64,000 nucleotides of DNA from Oikopleura dioica (lineage: Eukaryota > Animalia > Chordata), in contig OU015567.1 in the NCBI GenBank assembly GCA_907165135.1, positions 4,650,001 through 4,714,000 on the forward strand, in the 5' to 3' direction. The first letter of the stretch is position 1. Each line of letters opens with the position of its first letter. The notes under the pieces were generated by a model. That model was not told where the DNA came from. It did not search any database and saw nothing but the letters and a program-made list of their open reading frames with translations. Of this stretch, positions 56,632 through 64,000 are shown one piece after another. The translations under genes and the position numbers were made by a program.

Positions 56632-58701
56632 ATGGTCCTTAATTTCGATTCAAAAAAATCAAAGAAGAAAGAGATCGACCCTATGTCGGTAAAAAAGCTC
56701 GAGCCTCCCTCTGTGTCGAAGAAAGAAATAGATTTTGATCCAACAAACATGTGGCATATTGAAGCAATCACAGGGCCAATCAAGTATCACGACAGAATTC
56801 TCAAGAAGACAGAGGAAAACGGTGTGGAGAAGAGGGTTGGTTTTCACTGCACTTTTGAGTCGGGAAAATTGTGCAGAGAGTGGTCGGGGCTGGATTTGAG
56901 GATGCAGTATTTTATGAAACTGGTTAAGAAAGAAAATGAAGAAGCTGAAGTTTATGATTTTACGGTCCGCAAAGGGCCTGGTCATAGTATGGGATAAAGA
57001 GAAAAAACTCCAAAGAAAAAAAGAGCTTAAAAAAACCTGTGTTAAAACCTGAGTTAGGATTTGAAAGAGCTTATGCGGCTTTTTTGTAGCCTTCAAGAAC
57101 CTGAGTCAGGTTTTCTACACAGGTTTCTGAGTCCAGTTTTCGATCCAAATAGCGAGAAAATGGGTTTTCTTTCTATTTTCCTATCCCTTGATAGAGCATT
57201 CTCACTGGCCCACGAGTCGACCACACTCACAAAAGCATCGGAGGCCGCTATGTCGTGGCCAGCATGAATGAGGGAAGAGAAAACGACGTCTTTATCCTTG
57301 CCTCTCCGACGATCAAATTCACCGAGCCCGTCTACTGCCTGAAGTACTGGTACCTCGCTTACGGAGAAGTAACTCGAGAGTTGAAAGTTACGCTTTTTTC
57401 CGCGACGAGTAATGATCGACAAGACCTTCGAACGACATTTGAAAGATCGGAAAATGTGATCGACTGGAAATTTGCGCAAATCAAAATCGACGCTGTCCAT
57501 TTGACGGAACCACTTCAAGAAGCTGTTTTTGTTTTTCATACAAAAAGGGGGGCCGATTTTCGATCAGACATCGCCATCGACGATATTCAACTGGATCCAG
57601 AAGCTTGTCCACTTTTTCCAATGCCGCCGCCGAAGACGACTCCGGCTCCAACTGGGCCCACTACTGCTTGGACTCCAGGAATGAGCTTCAACGATTTATG
57701 AGCTTCATTTTCTAACTGTTCCATATCATTTTTTAAAGCTCAAGAGAAGTCGCCCTAACGACAAAGGCGTTTGCAACGCGAAAACCCCTCCAACTCGCGA
57801 AGAAATTCAAGCCAATGGTTCACCAATTCGCCTATAACGACGCAGGATTCCAGCCGCTCAGAAGACAAAAGCTACCGCCGACAAAATATGGCTGCGGAGA
57901 AGGTTGTTTCCGAACCATTTTCGTTTCTCTTTCAACTTTCAGGGTACGTTCTTGAGCCGTTGTACGGAGTTTGCTGTGGAAACATTCATTTTTCAAAGTC
58001 AAATGGGCCGAAATGCTGTGAATTGGAGGGAGGAAGTTTTATGACATATCAACCGAGGTCAGAATCGATTAAGAATTTTCCTCACTATTCGTAGAAAACA
58101 AATTTGCTGTGCTGGAAAACTTTTTGACTCTCGAAAATTCGGCTGTTGCAACGATCAAGCTTTTGAAAAACGGAGTCAATTTTGCTGCGGCGAGGAAATT
58201 CGAGAGAGATCGGAACCAGAGCGCTGCTGTGTTTCCACTCTCGGGTGGATAACTGACTATAATCCGAAAGAAAAGCAGTGTTGTAAGGGTTCTGTCGGAA
58301 GTCTTGACAGAGTTTGCTGCGGTGGTGATTTGATTCCTAACGACGAGGTTTGAATTCGAGCAAAAATCCTGATCGATGAAAAATTCTAGAGATGCTGCCA
58401 TCAGAGCGTTACCCCATCTCCTTCTTGGCGCCTCAACGGCGTCCGTTACAATCCTTCTAGCTCAAAGAGATGCTGCAGATCCCCTGACCTTTCAAAGTCG
58501 TTTCACAAGGCTGCCATTCAAGATAGCGAAGAAGAAATCTGCTGCGCTGGAAACGTCGCAAGCAAGCGCGACAACATCTGCAAAATCAACGCCGTCGGGG
58601 AAGAGTACATGAGTAGAAGATATCCGGACTATTTCGTCGATTTTATATTTGAAGATCCCTCGGAATTTATTTTGGACCAATTCAGAGGAACGAACTTTTG
58701 A
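56632..58701 (+). CDS. MAM + galaxin-like repeat protein, copy B (frame intact, signal peptide lost)
   Basis: CTFESGKLCREW, TGPRVDHT, LASP..CLKYWY, DIAIDDI (MAM); about ten CC repeats (VCCGNIHFSK, ICCAGKLFD, FCCGEEI...); starts at an ATG inside the hAT TSD. Confidence 0.75.
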
Positions 58702-58905
58702 AAATTCACTGGAAATAAAAAAAAAATAAAAGCAGGTTATTTTTCTTTTCAAACAAAAAAGCGGCAAGAATTTCGCCGTTTTTCGTGTTTTTTCTGACTA
58801 AAATGTTAATTCTTGGAGATTATCGAAATATCAATGCTCGTTTCTGTCAAAAAGTCAGCTCTGAAAATAATAAAAAAATAGAAAAAAGAGAAATAAGTGG
58901 AGCAT

Positions 58906-60379
58906 ATGAGATTTTTGAAGCTCTTCTTGCTCTTTGAGAAAAGTGCATTTGTGAATGCTTATGTGAATCCTTATCCACGTAAGACCCAAATTTCTGCTTT
59001 CCATAGCGTTTGTTTTCTTCAGGAAGCCCATGCTTCACTGACGATCACGTGTGCAACAGGCGAGAAGAAGACTGCATCCCAGAAGGCCAATTTCTTTACC
59101 AATGTTGCACTTGGGGAAAATACATGAGTTCCCAATATCGCGAGGAAGTCTCTTGTCGGGTCGGAAATCGTAAGTTTTTTCTCTCATTTTTCATCTTTGA
59201 AAAAACTCAATAAGCTCATCCATGCATGGGAGAGAATGCCTGCCAAGAAGATGAGTTCTGCCATCCGATCATTAAAAATCTCGAGGTTTCTAGCGATTAC
59301 GAATGTGTTGAAATCGATGACAAATGTCACGGTAACGAGTTTCCAAGTGATTTTCTGTGTTAAAAAATTAAGGTTATGTTCATTGCGAAAATGTTCTATA
59401 TGGATCATGCACGGGGTACATAGATGGGACTCATATGAACACATCGAAACCGCTGCGAGTCAATTCCGTCGACGACTGCTACAATCATTGCGCCTCTTAC
59501 CCGGTGAGTTTTGCCCTGAAAAATCATGAAACGAAAATATCTAGGAATGTACTGGATTCGATCTTGACAGCAATGGCGGCTGTTACTTGGCATTTCAAGC
59601 CTGTGAAGAAGACCATCTCGTAATTAACCATGACAAAGACAATCACAAGTGGAATACTGCCTTTACAACGTCGGCTCACTATCTTCACTACAGAATGAGC
59701 GACTGTACTGCTCCAAGTAAGTGTTTTCAGAAAAACTGGGCTCGGCAACCTGAGTAAAAAACCTGAGTCAGGGTCGGAAAAATCATTAATGAACAGAGGA
59801 TCTTTGGTCTTTCAGACCCTGACTCAGGTTTTCTACACAGGTTTTCGAGCCAAAAAAATCTGAAAAATATATATTCTTTTTCAAGAACGCCCGGCCCACT
59901 GCGATGTCAAAATCGAACATGAGCTCAGCAAGCGACTCAACGAAGCAAAACAACAAATGAAAGGACGATTAAACGACTTTGAAATACTGGTAGATGCGCA
60001 GGAAGAAGCTAGGATCGCCATTACTGAGTTGAGGAAAGATACAAGTTCTCATTTGATCAACATTGTCGGTATTTTTGCGGCGATTTTGATCGTTCGAAGT
60101 GTGATGATTTCTCTCAACTGCACAATTTGGAAGGAAAGGAATAAGAAACTGGCCGTTGGGAGAAGACCCCATCAGCCGCATGATGAGTTCAATTACGACA
60201 ACGGTAAAATAGAAAAGCAAGAAGAGCCCTCTTTTATATTCTCAGATACTGAGCGAATCTTACGCAACAGCATCCACTCAACCAAAAGCAAGGACTCACT
60301 TCCCAATTACGAAGCTGCAACAGCCGCGAAAAAAGCCGCGGAGATCGCCGAAGCTGGCGCTGGAATTCACGCTCTTTAG
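58906..60379 (+). CDS. Type-I membrane EGF/PAN-like protein, copy B
   Basis: Same exon structure as 49123-50739; open frame. Confidence 0.8.
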
Positions 60380-60570
60380 ATGTTCAAAAGCACTTGGAAT
60401 AAAACACCAATAGATAGTCCAATGAATTCAATATTTTTCTATTTTTCCGATCTTTGCGCAATTTTCATGTGATGATGAAAAATTAAAAGAGTGTGAAATA
60501 TTTTTGTGAATCAAACCATCTGCCGCGTCGAATCTTTTATATGCACTGGAACTTCAAATTCAACAAAAAA

Positions 60571-61831
60571 ATGCGTTTATTAGAGTTCATATTTTTTCAA
60601 TTTTCGTTCGGACTCGCTCCTATCCCGAATCGCCCGGTCGGGTTCGTCTACAATCAATCTTCCTTGAATTTCGATGATAATCCTGTCGAAGTCCAAGCTT
60701 TTCTTGACCCCCAATGCCCAGGTACATTTCCAATTTTCCATCAAACTCGTACTGTTTTTTTCACGAAGACGCTCAGCGTGCGTGGCCAAGTCTGATCGAA
60801 ATGGCAGATCATTATGGACCAGAGTTGCAAATTTGTTGAGCTGAATGAGCTGAGCTGGCTGAGTGAGCTGAGCAGTCAGCTCAATAATTTTCAAACATGA
60901 TCAGTTCTGCTCAGCTCAGCCCAGACAAATATCACTCAGCTCAGCTCACCCAGCTCAGCTCAGCTCAGCTCATCTCACTCAGCCTAGCTCAGCTCAGCTC
61001 ACTCAGCTCAGCTCAGCTCAGCTAAATGACCTCTCAAAAAGGGCAGCTCACTCAGCTCATTGAGCTGCGAAATAGGCCAGCTCAGCTCAGCTCAGCTCGC
61101 CCAGCTCAGCTCAGCTCATTTCACTCAGCGCAGCTCAGCTCACTCAGCTCAGCTCACTCAGCTCAGCTCAGCTCAGCTAAATGAGCTCTCAAAAAGGGCA
61201 GCTCAGCTCAGCTCATTGAGCTGCGAAATAGACCAGCTCAGCTCAGCTCAGAGAATTTTTTACGCAGGTCAGCTCAGCTCAGCTCAGCAAAAATAAACCA
61301 AAACTTGCAACTCTGTTATGGACGAGCGGTGAGGCTCAATGTTATCGCCTTCCCTCTGCCATATCATATCGCTGCTTGGAAAACTTCAGTTGGCCTTCAA
61401 AGCATCGCAAATTTAAAACCTCAGCAAGCGTATGAATACCTTGACTTGATGTTTGAATACGTATAAAGCCGAATCAAGCTCATTTATCATCATTATATTC
61501 AGCTTTCCCAAATCAGGCTCCTCGGTGAAGTCAGTACCCAGCAGTCACTAGCTGAATTAATCGCCGATTTGGTCCAAAACCATCTTGGAATCGACAAAAT
61601 TTCATTTTTGGCGAATATGAATAGCGGCAACATCGAGTGGCTGACTAGAATTGATTGGAAATATGGCTGCTCACTCGGCGTTTCTTGTTTTCTTTTACCG
61701 AATCACGTGTTTCAGGAGTTTTTTAAGGAACCCCGGAGATTTTCGTGAACAGGGTTAACCTGAACGAATGGGTCGCGGATTACGACTTGGATGATTGGAA
61801 AGACATTCTCGATCCGATTGTTGGAGTATAA
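60571..61831 (+). pseudogene. Secreted DsbA-like thioredoxin-fold protein, copy B (MITE in exon 2)
   Basis: MRLLEFIFFQFSFG LAPIPNRPVGF..EVQAFLDPQCP|DAQRAWP; exon 2 split by a 496-bp element; last junction TCT T|GA creates a TGA. Confidence 0.8.
60820..61315. mobile_element. hAT-type MITE filled with (GCTCA)n satellite
   Basis: 8-bp TSD TTATGGAC (60812-60819, 61316-61323); TIR CAGAGTTGCAA; empty site in copy A at about 50983-50992. Confidence 0.95.
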
Positions 61832-62337
61832 AATCAATTACATTTGCTGCTTCCTTGACGATGATTTTTGAAAAGTTATCTGATAATTAAGTCAGTTCTG
61901 ATCAATGTTTTTGGCAAGACAAAATGAGTTCAACGAATAGACATTTCTAAACCACGGTGATTTATGCTGTTTAGTTCGGCGGGAGATTATGGTCTTGATT
62001 TATCCAAACCGGATAAAATAAGTGCAAACTTCCGAAAAAATTCTTGACAAGCATTTTTTCGGATTTCTATTGTTCTCACATGACAAGTGAAACAACCGCC
62101 TTTTTGAATCAAGAATCTTGAAAATCTATGAATCGTAAAATCAAATTACAAAATATTTTCAAATAGGAAGCGCGAAAAAAATTGCTTCTTTTTGATTGAT
62201 TCCTGATTTCTGCTGCGGACAGGCTTCTGGCAGGCGATAAAGAAGACCAAACAAATGTAAATTCGGCATTTCACGCTTGTAGAAATGGTTTTGTCAACGG
62301 TTTATTTGTTAGTCAAGGTGAACATCCTGATTTGACC

Positions 62338-63505
62338 GAGTGGTCTCCGTTTGCCCAAGTCGCCGTTTGCCCAAGTCGCCGTCTGCCCAAGATCGCCGTT
62401 TGCCCAACTTGGGCAGACGGAGACTTGGGCAAACGGCGATCTTGGGCAGACGGCGATCAAATTGAAAATATAATCATAATTCAATTTTAAGAAATTAATT
62501 CAAGGTTTCAGAACTCTATGAGCGCAAAGGAGACTTTGGTTTCAGTTTATTATTGCTAAAATCGGGAAATTTCTAATATTGAATTATGAAATCAAAACCA
62601 GCAGGATAGGATAGATTTTAAAAGGTAAAGTTTAATCGCTGATTTTACGTCCGAGGCCTATAGATTGAGGAAACGATGGATGCGCCGAGTCCTCACAAGC
62701 GCTAATCCCCAACTTGGTTGAATTGATGGTTTCCCGTATTACTGTTTCTTGTGATTCATTTTCGGTTCGTTCTATTTTTGGAGTTATTTTTGATTGAAAC
62801 TCAGGGAAAACAGTCATTGTGACTAGTAAGAAAAAGAGAAAAAGGGGAAAACTGATGAAACTCTTCCCAAAACCTCCTCCCAGCAAAGAGGGGTACTCAG
62901 GCTTGATTTACAAACACATGCACGATCTTATGACAACCGAATTACGATCCAGTCTCAGTAAACCGGAGCCTTTTTCTTCTCGATTAACTCTTCCGGGAAT
63001 AGTTTACAAGGACTTTGATTGAGAATTTAGCGACTGTCATAATTAGACCATCCATTACGAAGGCTCTCCGTTATCAATGTAAACGATGTCATTTCGGAAA
63101 GCTTCCGTAGAGTCCACGACACTGTATTTTTCATTTCGTCTCTTATTTATGTGTTTGTGCTCAAGAATTTATTCGAAAATCGGATATAACTATTGTAAAA
63201 CAATATAAGAAAATTGTGGTGGTCTTGTCAAGAATCCACGTAACCGACGGTTACTAACCGTTCAAAAGACATAACAGGACAACCTTTTTTTTCACCTGAA
63301 AGTCTCTGCAAATCAGACCGCAATCAGCAGACTCAGTGATGATAATGAAATTGTCGCCTTACTTCTATCATTTTATGATCAATCAATTAAAAAAAAATTC
63401 ACATCGCCGTTTGCCTAAGATCTCCGTCTGCCCAAGTTGGGCAAACGGCGACTTGGGCAGACGGCGACTTGGGCAAACGGCGACTTGGGCAAACGGAGAC
63501 CACTC
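62338..63505. mobile_element. Non-autonomous Mutator-like (MULE) element (1168 bp)
   Basis: 9-bp TSD GATTTGACC (62329-62337, 63506-63514); TIR GAGTGGTCTCCGTTTGCCCAAG with 15-16-bp subterminal repeats in inverted orientation; empty site in copy A at about 52004-52012. Confidence 0.85.
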
Positions 63506-64000
63506 GATTTGACCTTGACAATCTGACAACATAAATAAATTAAGAGAAACTTCTTAATTTTTTATGAAAATAATAGCGAAAATTATCAATTTTTAATAAT
63601 TTCATTTTAAATTATTAATTAAATAAATTTATATAATTATTTTTTAAGAAATATTATTTATAGATAAAATTCAAATTATTTTATTACCAATAATTTGTTA
63701 AAATTAATATTTAAAAAAAAAACATTTAATTTTGGAATTTTTATCGAAATAACTACTTTTTGCGAGTATTTTATTGCTTTTATCAAGAAAAATGACTAAG
63801 AATTAAGACTGTTTTTACGTGAAATTTCAAATCAAAAATTTAAATTTTGTTTATAAAAACAAAGTCACTCTTTCACGAAGTTCGCTCAGCGTGTCGTAAT
63901 GAAGGGGCCAGTCTGAGTGGTGCGATGTTTGCGGTTATGACATCTGAGTTGTTGTGGACAGCGCGGTTGAATTAACCAGTGCTCGATAAAGCGACACTTG

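Larger units (their letters stand above)
56653..64000 (+). repeat. Segmental duplication, copy B (runs off the window end)
   Basis: Collinear with 46370-52622. Confidence 0.97.

Noticed and set aside
62819-63022. 67-aa ORF as a transposase fragment
   Set aside because: No DDE or zinc-finger motif; too short.

Overview
Eukaryotic, gene-dense window with very short introns (many about 40-60 nt, some with GC or GA donors). It most likely comes from a larvacean tunicate (Oikopleura-like); this is inferred from intron style, operon-like gene spacing and a solitary central-class Hox gene. Gene models below were spliced by eye. Genes seen: a protein kinase apparently continuous with a papain-like Cys-protease domain; an EGF/sushi Cys-rich secreted protein; a 2OG-Fe(II) dioxygenase; an acidic protein with an AKAP-like helix and repeated CC motifs; a CAP-TSP1x3-LRR protein; an ovochymase-like polyprotease (dead SP, SP, SP, CUB, CUB); Hox4 with two introns in the homeobox; a clan GH-D-like glycosidase; a CBM14 protein; and several tiny secreted or membrane proteins. 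The right third is a tandem segmental duplication (about 46.4-52.6 kb vs 56.65-64 kb) carrying MAM-galaxin, EGF/PAN membrane and thioredoxin-fold genes with reciprocal lesions. It holds three hAT-type elements (8-bp TSDs) and one Mutator-like element (9-bp TSD); three of the four have an empty site in the other copy. Several MITE and hairpin families recur, and six CCAAT pairs are spaced exactly 30 bp apart. No rRNA, tRNA, CRISPR array or intact transposase was recognised.
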